Below are positions 1 to 9,847 of a stretch of 64,000 nt of DNA, piece after piece. The DNA is from Candidatus Jorgensenbacteria bacterium GW2011_GWA1_48_11 (lineage in GTDB: Bacteria; Patescibacteriota; Minisyncoccia; UBA6257; GWB1-50-10). Numbering within the stretch: the first letter of the stretch is position 1; the number at the start of each line of letters is the position of its first letter. The position numbers were made by a program, and so were the translations under genes. The notes beneath the pieces are model-generated. The model did no database searches, was not told the DNA's origin, and was given only the letters and a program-made list of their open reading frames with translations. The stretch spans positions 234,571-298,570 of the forward strand of contig LCPF01000001.1 of NCBI GenBank assembly GCA_001003475.1, read 5' to 3'.

Positions 1-10
1 CGCTCTCATT

Positions 11-1087
11 ATGAACCCGAAAGTTTGGGAGGCTTCGGGTCATGTTTCCGGTTTTGCTGATGCTTTGGTTGAGTGCAAAAAATGCCATCACCGCTTTAAA
101 GCCGACGAAACGAAAGGAGACGAATGTCCTGATTGCGGCGGCAAACTTACCGGAGCCAAACAATTCAATTTGATGTTCAAAACCTTTGTTGGGGCGAGTG
201 AAGACAGTTCATCAGTTGCTTACTTGCGGCCCGAAACCGCCGGCGGCATTTTCGTGAATTTCAAGAACACGCTTTCTACAAACCGGCTCAAAATTCCTTT
301 TGGCATTGCCCAGATCGGTAAGGCTTTCCGGAACGAGATTAATCCCAAGGATTTTGTTTTTCGTACGCGGGAGTTCAAGCAAATGGAGCTGGAATATTTC
401 GTGAAGCCGGGCGAAGACGAAAAAATTTTTAACGAGTGGGTGGAAAGACGTTTTGCGTGGTATAAGACCATCGGCCTTGGGGACGTGCGAAAGCGCGAGC
501 AAACAAAAGAGGAGCGGGCGCATTATTCCAAAGCGACGACCGACATCGAGTACGAATTTCCTTTCGGCTGGCAGGAAATCGAGGGTATTGCGAACCGCGG
601 CAATTTCGACCTTAGTGCTCACGCCAAGGCTTCCGGTCAGGACTTTTCGTATCTCGACGAAGAAACAAAAGAACGCTTCATTCCTTACGTGATAGAGCCC
701 TCGGCCGGAGAAGAACGCATTGCGCTTGCGCTTCTCTGCGACGCTTATACGGAGGAAAAAGAGCGGGTGGTTTTGAAATTCCATCCCAAAATAGCACCCG
801 TTAAGGTGGCAATTTTTCCGCTTCTGGCAAATAAGCCCGAGCTCGTGAAACTTGCCCGTAAAATTTACGAAGAATTAAGGCTGGAATATACGGCGGTTTG
901 GGACGATAGGGGAAATATCGGCAAACGCTATTATGCTCAGGACGAGATCGGCACGCCCTACTGTATTACGGTTGATTTCGACAGTTTGGAAAAAAGCGAT
1001 GTTACGGTGCGCGATCGGGATTCGATGAAACAGGAAAGGATAAAGATGAAAGACTTGAAAGAGTATTTGAATGGAAAAATCGTTTGA
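11..1087 (+). CDS. glyQS: Glycine--tRNA ligase (alpha2 type); N-terminus probably lies before the window
   Basis: LRPETA, GKAFRNEI, FRTREF, IEPSAG motifs; C-terminal anticodon-binding domain (IGKRY..QDEIGTP). Confidence 0.95.
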   Translation: MNPKVWEASGHVSGFADALVECKKCHHRFKADETKGDECPDCGGKLTGAKQFNLMFKTFVGASEDSSSVAYLRPETAGGIFVNFKNTLSTNRLKIPFGIAQIGKAFRNEINPKDFVFRTREFKQMELEYFVKPGEDEKIFNEWVERRFAWYKTIGLGDVRKREQTKEERAHYSKATTDIEYEFPFGWQEIEGIANRGNFDLSAHAKASGQDFSYLDEETKERFIPYVIEPSAGEERIALALLCDAYTEEKERVVLKFHPKIAPVKVAIFPLLANKPELVKLARKIYEELRLEYTAVWDDRGNIGKRYYAQDEIGTPYCITVDFDSLEKSDVTVRDRDSMKQERIKMKDLKEYLNGKIV

Positions 1088-2342
1088 AAAGAAAGTGCTG
1101 GCGAACGGCCTGCGGGTGATCTTGGTGCCGGAATCGCAGAGTTTGGCGACGACCGCCCTGGTTTTGGTCGAGGCCGGCTCCAAATACGAAACTAAGGACA
1201 TCAACGGCCTCTCCCATTTCTTGGAGCACATATGTTTTAAAGGAACGAAAGCCCGGCCGCGGGCGATCGACATCGCGAGCGAACTCGACGGTTTGGGCGC
1301 GCAATACAACGCTTTCACTTCACAGGAATACACCGGTTATTACACCAAGGTTCGGAACGAAAAGATAGATAAGGCATTGGAGATAATCACCGATCTCTAC
1401 ATCGATCCGGTCTTCGACGAAAAAGAGATCGAAAAAGAAAAAGGCGTGATCATCGAAGAAATGAATTTGTACGAGGATACGCCCTACCGCAAGATCCAGG
1501 ACCTGTTTTTGGGTCTGGTTTACGGCGATCAGCCGGCTGGCTGGGCCGTGTTGGGCCGGAAAGAAGTGATTTTAAAATTGAAGCGCAGCGATTTTCTGGC
1601 TTACCGGCGCCGGCATTATTTGCCGCAGTCGACGGTCGTTATCGTGGCCGGCGGTTTTCAAAAAGAAAAAATGCTGGAACAAATCGAAGCGCATTTTTCA
1701 AAATTACCGGGCGGCGGAAAAGAAAAAAAGATCCCAGTCGCGGAATCCCAGTCGAAACCTGAAGAAATCATCAGGTTTAAAGAATCCGATCAAACGCATT
1801 TGGTTTTGGGCTTTCGGGCTTTCAGCGCTTTCGACGAGAGGAAGTACGCGCTTGAAGTCCTGGCCGACATTTTGGGCGGCGGCATGGGCTCGCGGCTTTT
1901 CCAGAAGATTCGGGAAGAAATGGGGGCGGCTTATTATGTCCGGGCTTCGACTGATCTTTCTACTGATCACGGCTTGATGACGGTTTCGGCCGGGGTCCAG
2001 CATCAGAAAGTGGAAGCCGTAATCCAGGTTATTTTGGAGGAGTTTAATCGTCTGGCCAAAGAGAGGGTTTTGCCCGCCGATCTTCAGAGGGCCAAGGAGC
2101 ATTTGGTGGGCAACCTGTTCTTGTCTTTGGAAACGTCAGACGAAACCAGCTCCTTTTACGGCGTTCAGGAAATAATGGGTTTGGAACCGATCTCGCCCCA
2201 AGCCGTAGCCCGGAAGATTCAGGCGGTGACGAGCGAGGAAATCCAGGCAGCGGCCAAATCCCTTTTTAATAACGAGAGCCTGAACTTGGCCTTGATCGGG
2301 CCCTTTAAAGAGAAAACCTTTATTGATATATTAAAGGTATGA
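1071..2342 (+). CDS. M16 (pitrilysin) family zinc peptidase
   Basis: Inverted zinc motif HFLEH, NAFT, SRLFQKIRE. Confidence 0.92.
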   Translation: MEKSFEKKVLANGLRVILVPESQSLATTALVLVEAGSKYETKDINGLSHFLEHICFKGTKARPRAIDIASELDGLGAQYNAFTSQEYTGYYTKVRNEKIDKALEIITDLYIDPVFDEKEIEKEKGVIIEEMNLYEDTPYRKIQDLFLGLVYGDQPAGWAVLGRKEVILKLKRSDFLAYRRRHYLPQSTVVIVAGGFQKEKMLEQIEAHFSKLPGGGKEKKIPVAESQSKPEEIIRFKESDQTHLVLGFRAFSAFDERKYALEVLADILGGGMGSRLFQKIREEMGAAYYVRASTDLSTDHGLMTVSAGVQHQKVEAVIQVILEEFNRLAKERVLPADLQRAKEHLVGNLFLSLETSDETSSFYGVQEIMGLEPISPQAVARKIQAVTSEEIQAAAKSLFNNESLNLALIGPFKEKTFIDILKV

Positions 2343-3355
2343 GCGAAAAATTCGAGATCGGCTGGCGGACCATTTTTCGGGTCATCTTTTTTCTGCTCCT
2401 TATTTATTTCATTTACGTGGCGCGGGAAGCCCTCGGCGTGCTTTTAACCGCAATGGTGATTGCTATGGGCATTGATCCGATAGTCAGTTTCTTGGAAACG
2501 AAAAGACTCAATCGTTTATTGGGAACAATCATCGTTTTTTTGACCGGTATTTTCCTTTTAAGCACGGCGGTTTATTTCGTGTTGCCCGTCCTTCTCTATG
2601 AGGCTGCGGGTTTCTTGGAGCACGTAAATCGGGCCGTCGCCAGCATAATCGGTTTGGGCTTGCCGCCGGTTTTGATCCAAAGCTTGAGTTCCAGTCTTGA
2701 CAAGGTGCTTGGCTTTTTCACGGGCGCCAATTTTTCTTTGACGGGCGCCATTTCGACGGTGGTGACCCGGGTAGTGCTCGTAATTTCCACCATTCTCGTT
2801 TCTTTTTATTTGTCCGTCGAGCAGAACGGCGTCGAGCGTTTACTCCGGGTGATTTTGCCGGATTTCTACGAAAAATCGGTTTTGTCGATTTTCGTCCGTT
2901 TCAAGGTTAGGATTCGGCGCTGGTTCGTGACGCAATTGGGTTTGAGTTTGCTGATCGGCGTGATTTACGGATTGGGCATGTGGCTTTTGGGCGTGGATTA
3001 CGCCCTGGTCTTGGGCATTATGGGCGCCATCTTCGAACTCGTGCCGGTTATCGGCCCGGTGCTTTCGGGGGCGGTTATGGTTTTGGTTGCGGTCTCCCAG
3101 TCTTTCTCCTTGGGTCTTTACGCCCTGCTTTTCGCTTTTATCGTCCAGCAGCTCGAGGGTCATATCCTGATCCCGATCATCATGGGTCGGGCCATGAAAG
3201 TTCATCCGGTTGTGGTCATTATTGCTCTTTTGGCGGGCGCCGAGATCGCCGGTTTCGTGGGCATCGTCCTTTCGGTGCCGATTGCGGTGATGGCTCAAGA
3301 AACCTTCAATTATTTTTCCGAGAAAAAGAGCAGCCGGACCAGTTTGGATATTTAG
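2339..3355 (+). CDS. AI-2E family transporter
   Basis: Multi-TM protein with ELVPVIGP, QQLEGHILIP, VHPVVVIIALLAG motifs. Confidence 0.88.
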   Translation: MSEKFEIGWRTIFRVIFFLLLIYFIYVAREALGVLLTAMVIAMGIDPIVSFLETKRLNRLLGTIIVFLTGIFLLSTAVYFVLPVLLYEAAGFLEHVNRAVASIIGLGLPPVLIQSLSSSLDKVLGFFTGANFSLTGAISTVVTRVVLVISTILVSFYLSVEQNGVERLLRVILPDFYEKSVLSIFVRFKVRIRRWFVTQLGLSLLIGVIYGLGMWLLGVDYALVLGIMGAIFELVPVIGPVLSGAVMVLVAVSQSFSLGLYALLFAFIVQQLEGHILIPIIMGRAMKVHPVVVIIALLAGAEIAGFVGIVLSVPIAVMAQETFNYFSEKKSSRTSLDI

Positions 3356-3358
3356 GAA

Positions 3359-4189
3359 ATGTCGAAGTTTTTTGACGCGCATACGCATGCTCAGTTCGCG
3401 GCCTATGACGAAGACCGCGATTTTGTTATTAAGCGGGCTTTAGCCGCGGGTGTCGGCATGGTGAACGTGGGTACGACCCGGATGACATCCGAGGCCGCGG
3501 TTGGGCTGGCGCATCGATATTCCGGAATTTGTTTTGCGACTATCGGCGTCCATCCGAGTCACGCTTCGGTCTCGGAATACGTGGACCCGGATGAAATGGC
3601 CTCTGGCGGCGAAGAAAGATTGGAAATCGAATTGTACAAGAAACTGGCCGCGGACCCGGCCGTGGTCGCGATCGGAGAATGCGGTTTGGATTTTTTCCGC
3701 GTGACCGGCGAGGCGGTCCGGGAAAAGCAGAAAGCTCTTTTTGGCGAACACGTTGCTTTCGCGCACGACGTTAAAAAACCGCTGATGATCCATTGCCGGC
3801 AGGCGTTTCCGGAGCTTACCGCTATCCTGCAATCGCGCCGCTCCGAGCTTTTGAATCCGGCTGGCATTGTTCATTTTTTCACGGGCACGGAGGCGGAAGC
3901 GGAGGAACTTTTGAATCTGGGATTTTATTTTACCTTCGGTGGCGTTATCACTTTCGTCCGTGATTACGACCGGGTTATTAAAACGATCCCAATGGAGAGA
4001 ATTTTATCCGAAACCGATGCGCCCTACGTAACGCCAGTGCCCCATCGCGGTCGGCGCAACGAACCGGCTTATGTCACGGAAGTCGTGAAAAAGCTGGCCG
4101 AATTAAAAAACGTTTCGATCGAGGAGATGGCGGCGCAAATTTTGAAAAATGCGGAGCGAGTATTTGGTATTAACTTTTCCAGTCTTTGA
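3359..4189 (+). CDS. tatD: TatD family hydrolase
   Basis: DAHTH, GVHP, GECGLD, IHCR, ETDAPY motifs. Confidence 0.93.
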   Translation: MSKFFDAHTHAQFAAYDEDRDFVIKRALAAGVGMVNVGTTRMTSEAAVGLAHRYSGICFATIGVHPSHASVSEYVDPDEMASGGEERLEIELYKKLAADPAVVAIGECGLDFFRVTGEAVREKQKALFGEHVAFAHDVKKPLMIHCRQAFPELTAILQSRRSELLNPAGIVHFFTGTEAEAEELLNLGFYFTFGGVITFVRDYDRVIKTIPMERILSETDAPYVTPVPHRGRRNEPAYVTEVVKKLAELKNVSIEEMAAQILKNAERVFGINFSSL

Positions 4190-4343
4190 TTACGATTTCT
4201 TTGCCGCGCTTTTCCACAACGACTTTCTGTGTTTCCTTCCAGCCGAATTCGCGGACAAGCTGAATCGGCAGGGTAATATAGTAACTCCTCTTTGATTTCT
4301 GGATATTTCTAATATTCTCATTAGCCAATTCTCTCCTTGTCAT
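4170..4343 (-). CDS. AbrB/MazE/SpoVT-like small DNA-binding protein (57 aa, not in ORF track)
   Basis: Hand translation MTRRELANENIRNIQKSKRSYYITLPIQLVREFGWKETQKVVVEKRGKEIVIKDWKS; swapped-hairpin pattern; TGATATAAT -10 box just upstream. Confidence 0.75.
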   Translation of the reverse strand: MTRRELANENIRNIQKSKRSYYITLPIQLVREFGWKETQKVVVEKRGKEIVIKDWKS

Positions 4344-4359
4344 AAAGATTATTATATCA

Positions 4360-4391
4360 CAGTTGCCCTAGGTTATAACCTAGGGCAACTG
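4360..4391. repeat. Perfect 32-bp palindrome between divergent genes
   Basis: CAGTTGCCCTAGGTTA followed directly by its reverse complement TAACCTAGGGCAACTG. Confidence 0.9.
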
Positions 4392-4499
4392 ATATTGACA
4401 TTGGGGAGTGGGAAGGTGGATTATTTAGGTACTTAGCCTCAATTCCGGGGCAGGGTCGGGATGGATAATCCCGGGCACCTTTACAACAAGGAGCAAGCC

Positions 4500-5123
4500 A
4501 TGAGTAGTCGTCGTCGTGGCCGGATAAGCCCCAAGCGTGCCCGAGAGATCATGGGTCAGAACTTCTTCGGCATCGAGGAAGCGATTTGGCATTTCGGGGT
4601 GAAGCCCACGCGCGCGGGGCTCTCGACTTTGGCCGAGACCTCATTCCGAGAAGTTATTCTTCGTGAATGCGGGAACACGCACGTTCTCGTTGCCATTCTT
4701 CCGCTCTCGATCCTCGGGATTCGGCGGAGAGTCGGACGCAAGCTCTTCCACAACCACCCGGGCGCCTGGTACGACAGCGAGTCTTTCGCGAAAGTGAAGG
4801 GCGAGGCTTGTTGGCAGCTCGTCCGGAAGACCCCGATCGACAAGAATTTCGGTTCGAAGACCAGGGATGAAGAACAGGCCCTTCTCGGCGAGGACGAAGG
4901 AGTCCCTTCGGCCCGGGTGTTGGTCTACACCACGATCGGCCACTACCTCGCGACTGGCGAGCGGCTCTTCGAACGGGCCTATGCCCGCTCGTCGGACGTG
5001 GATTCGGACGGCGACCATGTCGTCGTCGGCTTCTTCAACTCAGTTGGTCTCGACATAGACCGCTACTGGGACAGCGTCCGCGTCGACAATACCGGTCCTG
5101 CTTCCGCCTTGAAGTTGGACTGA
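4500..5123 (+). CDS. Hypothetical protein; C-terminus resembles C-type-lectin-fold/DGR target tails
   Basis: AAGGAG upstream of ATG 4500; tail SDVDSDGDHVVVGFFNSVGLDIDRYWD. Confidence 0.7.
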   Translation: MSSRRRGRISPKRAREIMGQNFFGIEEAIWHFGVKPTRAGLSTLAETSFREVILRECGNTHVLVAILPLSILGIRRRVGRKLFHNHPGAWYDSESFAKVKGEACWQLVRKTPIDKNFGSKTRDEEQALLGEDEGVPSARVLVYTTIGHYLATGERLFERAYARSSDVDSDGDHVVVGFFNSVGLDIDRYWDSVRVDNTGPASALKLD

Positions 5124-5182
5124 ACCTCCGTCTGCCGACAGGCGGGCCGCAGTTCTTCCGTCTGGAGCGGAATGATCACCTT

Positions 5183-5236
5183 GAGCCTTCGGCGTATCCG
5201 CGATTTTTGCGGATTGCGCCGGAGGCTCTGTTTTTA
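5183..5236 (+). terminator. Long GC-rich hairpin with T tract
   Basis: GAGCCTTCGGCGTATCCGC...GCGGATTGCGCCGGAGGCTC followed by TGTTTTT. Confidence 0.6.
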
Positions 5237-5276
5237 TTGAGAAAACGAAGAAATGCCGCTAGAATATTGAATATCA

Positions 5277-7703
5277 ATGCCAAAGTACGATTTCAGAAAG
5301 ATCGAGCCAAAATGGCAAAAGAAGTGGCTTTCCGAAAGGCTTTATGAGCCGGATCTGAAATCGGCTAAAAAGCCGTTCTATAACCTGATGATGTTCCCTT
5401 ATCCTTCGGCTGAGGGCCTGCACGTCGGGAACATGTACGCTTTCGTGGGTTCGGATATCTACGGCCGGATGAAACGGATGCAGGGCTACGACGTGTTTCA
5501 GCCGATCGGGCTCGACGGTTTCGGCATCCATTCGGAAAATTACGCTTTGAAGATCGGTACCCATCCAATGGATCAGTCAAAAATTTCCCAAGAGCGTTTT
5601 TACAAACAACTTGAAGAAATCGGCAATGGCTTTGCTTGGGACGAGAAACTCGAGACCTACGATCCGAAATATTACAAATGGACCCAGTGGATCTTTACGC
5701 AAATGTTCAAGAACGGTTTGGCTTATCGGAAACGTCAGGCCGTGAATTGGTGCCCGAAGGACCTCACGGTTTTGGCTGATGAGCAGGTTGTGGGTGGTAA
5801 GTGCGAGCGTTGCGGCGCCGAAGTCATAAAAAAGGATTTGGAGCAGTGGTTTTTCCGGATTACTAAATACGCGGATAAGCTCTTGGCGAATCTGGAGAAA
5901 ATCGATTGGTCGGAAAGAGTGAAGATCGCTCAAAAGAACTGGATCGGAAAATCTGAAGGAGCGTTAATAAAATTCAAAATTCAGAATTCAGAATTTGAAA
6001 TTGAGGTGTTTACGACCAGGCCGGACACCTTATTCGGCGCGACTTACATGGTTTTGTCACCGGAGCATGAACTTATCAAGAATCAAGAATCTAGAATTGA
6101 GAATTTAGAAGAAGTTAAAAAATACATTGTCACAGTCGGGAAAAAATCCGAAACGGAAAGAGTTGCCGAAGGCAAAGAAAAAACCGGCGTGGAACTAAAA
6201 GGCATTAAAGCCGTTAATCCGGCGAATAAGGAGGAAATTCCGATTTTCGTGGCCGATTATGTTCTTTCGTCTTACGGCACGGGCGCGATTATGGCTGTGC
6301 CGGCTCATGACGAACGGGATTTCGAGTTCGCGAAAAAATACAACTTACCGATAAAGATGGTTATCTGTCCAAATTATCCGGCGCCGGTTTGCCCCATCTT
6401 GGATGCCGCCTACGTTGATAGTGGTTATCTTGTCGGTTCCGGAGAGTTTGATGGTCTGCCGGCCGAAAAAGCCAAATGGGAAATCACGAAATTCGTTCAC
6501 GGCAAAAGGAAAGTTCAGTATCGTTTGCGCGACTGGCTTGTGTCTCGCCAGCGTTACTGGGGCGTCCCAATTCCGATGATCCATTGCGAGAAATGTGATT
6601 GGCAGCCGGTGCCGGAAAAAGATTTGCCCGTGGAGTTGCCGCATATCAAAAATTTTCGGCCGAAAGGCAAAGGCGAATCACCCCTGGCGAGCGACAAATC
6701 TTTTTACGAAACGAAATGCCCAAAGTGCGGCGGCAAAGCCCGGCGGGAAACGGACGTTTCCGACACGTTTCTTGACTCTGCGTGGTATTACATCAGATAT
6801 CCGTCGGTTAATGTGGAAAATTCAAGTTTGAAGATTGGAAATTCGAAATTGGAAATTCCGTGGAATTCAGAAATTACACGGCGGTGGTTGCCGGTCAGTC
6901 TTTATACCGGCGGGGCCGAGCATTCCGTGCTCCATCTTTTGTACGTCCGGTTCATGGCCATGGTTTTTCACGACTGGGGACTGCTGGATTTCGAAGAGCC
7001 TTTTCCGAAATTCCGCGCCCACGGCCTTTTGATAAAAGAAGGCGCCAAAATGTCCAAATCCAAGGGTAACATCGTTAATCCGGATTTTTACATCAAGGAA
7101 TTCGGCGCCGACACATTGCGAATGTATTTGATGTTTTTGGCGCCATTCGAGCAGGGCGGCGATTTCCGCGACGCCAGCATTTTGGGCATCTCGAGATTTT
7201 TGGAGAGAGTTTGGAAATTGGGCAATTCCGAATTCAAAAAATTTTCATCGGAACAGTTGCTTCATAAGACCATTAAAAAGATCACGGAGGATATCGAAAA
7301 TCTGCATTACAATACGGCCATTAGCGCTTTAATGATATTGTTGAATGCCTTTGAAAGCGATGGTGTAAGCCAAAAACAATTTGAAACTTTCTTGAAACTT
7401 TTGGCGCCTTTCGCGCCGCATGTAACCGAAGAAATGTGGCACGGCCTGGGCAACAAAACATCCGTTCATAAGGAAGGATGGCCGCAGCATGACAAAAAAT
7501 TAATTCAAGATGAAACAATTTTGTTCATTGTTCAAATAAACGGCAAACATCGGGCGACGATTGGCGCGGTTGCCGGACTTCCTCAAGAAGAAGCCGAAAC
7601 TTTGGTAAGGCAGGACGAAAAAGTCGGTAAATTATTGGCTAATCGGGAAATTAAGAAAATTATTTTCGTGCCCGACCGGCTCATTAATTTTGTATTAGAA
7701 TGA
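5277..7703 (+). CDS. leuS: Leucine--tRNA ligase
   Basis: MFPYPS..GLHVGN, TTRPDT and GTGAIMAVPAHD editing motifs, SRQRYWG, KMSKS. Confidence 0.97.
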   Translation: MPKYDFRKIEPKWQKKWLSERLYEPDLKSAKKPFYNLMMFPYPSAEGLHVGNMYAFVGSDIYGRMKRMQGYDVFQPIGLDGFGIHSENYALKIGTHPMDQSKISQERFYKQLEEIGNGFAWDEKLETYDPKYYKWTQWIFTQMFKNGLAYRKRQAVNWCPKDLTVLADEQVVGGKCERCGAEVIKKDLEQWFFRITKYADKLLANLEKIDWSERVKIAQKNWIGKSEGALIKFKIQNSEFEIEVFTTRPDTLFGATYMVLSPEHELIKNQESRIENLEEVKKYIVTVGKKSETERVAEGKEKTGVELKGIKAVNPANKEEIPIFVADYVLSSYGTGAIMAVPAHDERDFEFAKKYNLPIKMVICPNYPAPVCPILDAAYVDSGYLVGSGEFDGLPAEKAKWEITKFVHGKRKVQYRLRDWLVSRQRYWGVPIPMIHCEKCDWQPVPEKDLPVELPHIKNFRPKGKGESPLASDKSFYETKCPKCGGKARRETDVSDTFLDSAWYYIRYPSVNVENSSLKIGNSKLEIPWNSEITRRWLPVSLYTGGAEHSVLHLLYVRFMAMVFHDWGLLDFEEPFPKFRAHGLLIKEGAKMSKSKGNIVNPDFYIKEFGADTLRMYLMFLAPFEQGGDFRDASILGISRFLERVWKLGNSEFKKFSSEQLLHKTIKKITEDIENLHYNTAISALMILLNAFESDGVSQKQFETFLKLLAPFAPHVTEEMWHGLGNKTSVHKEGWPQHDKKLIQDETILFIVQINGKHRATIGAVAGLPQEEAETLVRQDEKVGKLLANREIKKIIFVPDRLINFVLE

Positions 7704-7707
7704 ACCC

Positions 7708-8646
7708 ATGACCAAATTTTTCGAAGTATTGATTTTCATTATTTTAATAATCGCCGCTTTTTTGATGATTTCCCATTTTGTGACGACCGTTAAGTTCGGC
7801 CAGTATCTTTATCTGGTGAAACCGAGATTTTCCCCCTCACCCCCCCAAGTCGTTACGCCGGCGCCGGTGCTCCAGCCAAGAACTTCGTTATCGTATACGT
7901 CGCCTTCGGTGCGGCCGACCCAACCGACTCAACCGATCCAGCCGGTGCGGCCGACCGTGATGCCGCCGCCGGGCTTCACATTGGGCGATCTCTCGCCTTT
8001 TTACGGCAAGGTTAGGATAGGTTACGTCACCACTTTTTCTTATCTCGGTTCGGGCAACCGGATAAATCTGGTGAGCGATTATTCTTTGGATACGAATTTG
8101 GATATCACGGGTTGGCGGTTCAGGAACAATAAAGGGCAGGAAGTCACGATTCCCCAGGCCGTCAATCTTTTCCCGCCGCATTTGGTTTCGTCCCTCGGCG
8201 ACATCATTCTGGGACGGAGCACCAATGTTTATTTTTTCAATTCTTCGAGTCACGGCCCCAGCCTCCATTTGAACAAATGCACCGGCTATTTGAACGGGAT
8301 TTACCGTTATGATCCGGTCCTGCCAAAAAACTGTCCCTATATTGACAGGAGCAGCATTTCCCATCTTTCGGGCCAGTGCCAGAATTTCATTTTGTCCCTG
8401 GGTTCTTGTGAAACGCCGGATTTGAACAAATTTTATTCTTCGGTCCGAAGCGACGATACGGCCTGCCGTTCCTATATAGATAATTTCAGTTACCGCGGCT
8501 GTTACGCGCGTTATTCAGGCGATTCGAATTTTATTTCCAATGAGTGGCGGATTTGGCTGGACGGCCAGCTGCCGCTCGATCCCAGTCACGACCGGGTGGA
8601 ACTTTTGGACAGGAATGGACTTTTGGTCAGCCTCTATTCTTACTAG
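7708..8646 (+). CDS. Membrane-anchored Pro/Cys-rich hypothetical protein
   Basis: N-terminal TM, Pro-rich linker, several Cys residues. Confidence 0.75.
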   Translation: MTKFFEVLIFIILIIAAFLMISHFVTTVKFGQYLYLVKPRFSPSPPQVVTPAPVLQPRTSLSYTSPSVRPTQPTQPIQPVRPTVMPPPGFTLGDLSPFYGKVRIGYVTTFSYLGSGNRINLVSDYSLDTNLDITGWRFRNNKGQEVTIPQAVNLFPPHLVSSLGDIILGRSTNVYFFNSSSHGPSLHLNKCTGYLNGIYRYDPVLPKNCPYIDRSSISHLSGQCQNFILSLGSCETPDLNKFYSSVRSDDTACRSYIDNFSYRGCYARYSGDSNFISNEWRIWLDGQLPLDPSHDRVELLDRNGLLVSLYSY

Positions 8647-8651
8647 ATTTT

Positions 8652-9710
8652 TTATTTCCTTTCCGTCAGGGTTACTCCAACGTTTAATTCTTTGCCGTCG
8701 CGCAAGATCTTGAGCGCGACTTTATCGTCTGGCGCGCAATCAGAGAGGAAGTCTTGAATGCTTTTTTCGGCCGTGATTTTTTTACCGTCCCAATCGGTTA
8801 TGATATCGCCTTCGCGCAGACCAGCGGCCGCAGCAGGACTGCCGGGGATGACCGCCTGATCCAGGGGGTGTTCCCTTACTACGTAGGCGCCGTAATCGCA
8901 GGCTAATTTCAATTTTTCTTGAATGTCTTTATTGAGCATCAGGTAGCGAAGGCCCAGGAGCGGTCTTTTGATTCGGCCGTATTTCTTGAGATCGGCCAAA
9001 TCTCTTTCGGCGGCTTGGATGGGGATCGCGAAGTTTATGTTTTGGGCGCCGAAAACAACGGCGGCATTAATGCCGATTGCTTGGCCGAAAATATCCACCA
9101 AGGGTCCGCCGGAGTTACCGGGGTTGATGGCGGCATCCGTTTGGATGAGCCCCCGCATTTCCTGGAAAGCGCTGCCGGGTTCGGCTTGGGCGCTGATCGC
9201 CCGGGAAAGGCCGGAAATGATGCCGGCCGAAACGGTGTTTTTGAAAATACCTAGGGCATTCCCGATGGCGAGCACGTTCTGGCCGAGCTCCAAATCGCGG
9301 GAATTGCCGAGCTTAACCACGGGCAGTTTTTTGTTGGGCTTGATTTTGAGGATGGCGACGTCGTTCACCGGGTCGCGGGCCAAGACCTCGGCGTCGTAGG
9401 TTTGATTGTCGTTCGTGATCACGGTGTAGCTGGCGTTCGGTTCGGCGATGACATGCTTATTGGTCAAAATAACGCCTTCTGCGTCAACGATAAAACCGCT
9501 GCCGCCGCCGACCTGCACCTGGCCTTGGGCGTTAATTTGCTCCGGCGGAATGCTCAACTCCGGCCGGCCCAAAGGCGCGTCCTTGAAATACTCGGGCATT
9601 TCCTTGGCCAGGTCTTTGATGTTTTTGGAAATCGTGATTGAAACCACGGCCGGCATCACTTTTTTCACGGTCTCGATTGTCTGGGATTTTTCGCGTTTAT
9701 CGAGGATCAT
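8652..9710 (-). CDS. HtrA/DegP-family serine protease with PDZ domain
   Basis: GSGFI, LTNKHV, QTDAAINPGNSGGPL, C-terminal PDZ (GSPA..AGLREGDII). Confidence 0.94.
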   Translation of the reverse strand: MILDKREKSQTIETVKKVMPAVVSITISKNIKDLAKEMPEYFKDAPLGRPELSIPPEQINAQGQVQVGGGSGFIVDAEGVILTNKHVIAEPNASYTVITNDNQTYDAEVLARDPVNDVAILKIKPNKKLPVVKLGNSRDLELGQNVLAIGNALGIFKNTVSAGIISGLSRAISAQAEPGSAFQEMRGLIQTDAAINPGNSGGPLVDIFGQAIGINAAVVFGAQNINFAIPIQAAERDLADLKKYGRIKRPLLGLRYLMLNKDIQEKLKLACDYGAYVVREHPLDQAVIPGSPAAAAGLREGDIITDWDGKKITAEKSIQDFLSDCAPDDKVALKILRDGKELNVGVTLTERK

Positions 9711-9771
9711 TTTTGTAAAATATGAAGTTATTATAGTATAGTAAGGCCAATTCAGCCATTGATTTATGTAC

Positions 9772-9847
9772 CCCCCGCATAATAAAGATTATGGAATTAT
9801 TTTGAATTCGCCTGAAATCGGTCGGTTTGGTTTTTATTATGCGGGGG
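9772..9847. repeat. CCC...GGG inverted-repeat element flanked by an ATGTAC direct repeat
   Basis: CCCCCGCATAATAAA ... TTTATTATGCGGGGG; ATGTAC at 9766 and 9848. Confidence 0.8.

Noticed and set aside
362-388. GlyRS motif 2 reads REFKQME rather than the usual REFEQME
   Set aside because: A single substitution that cannot be told apart from a sequence error or tolerated variation without reads.
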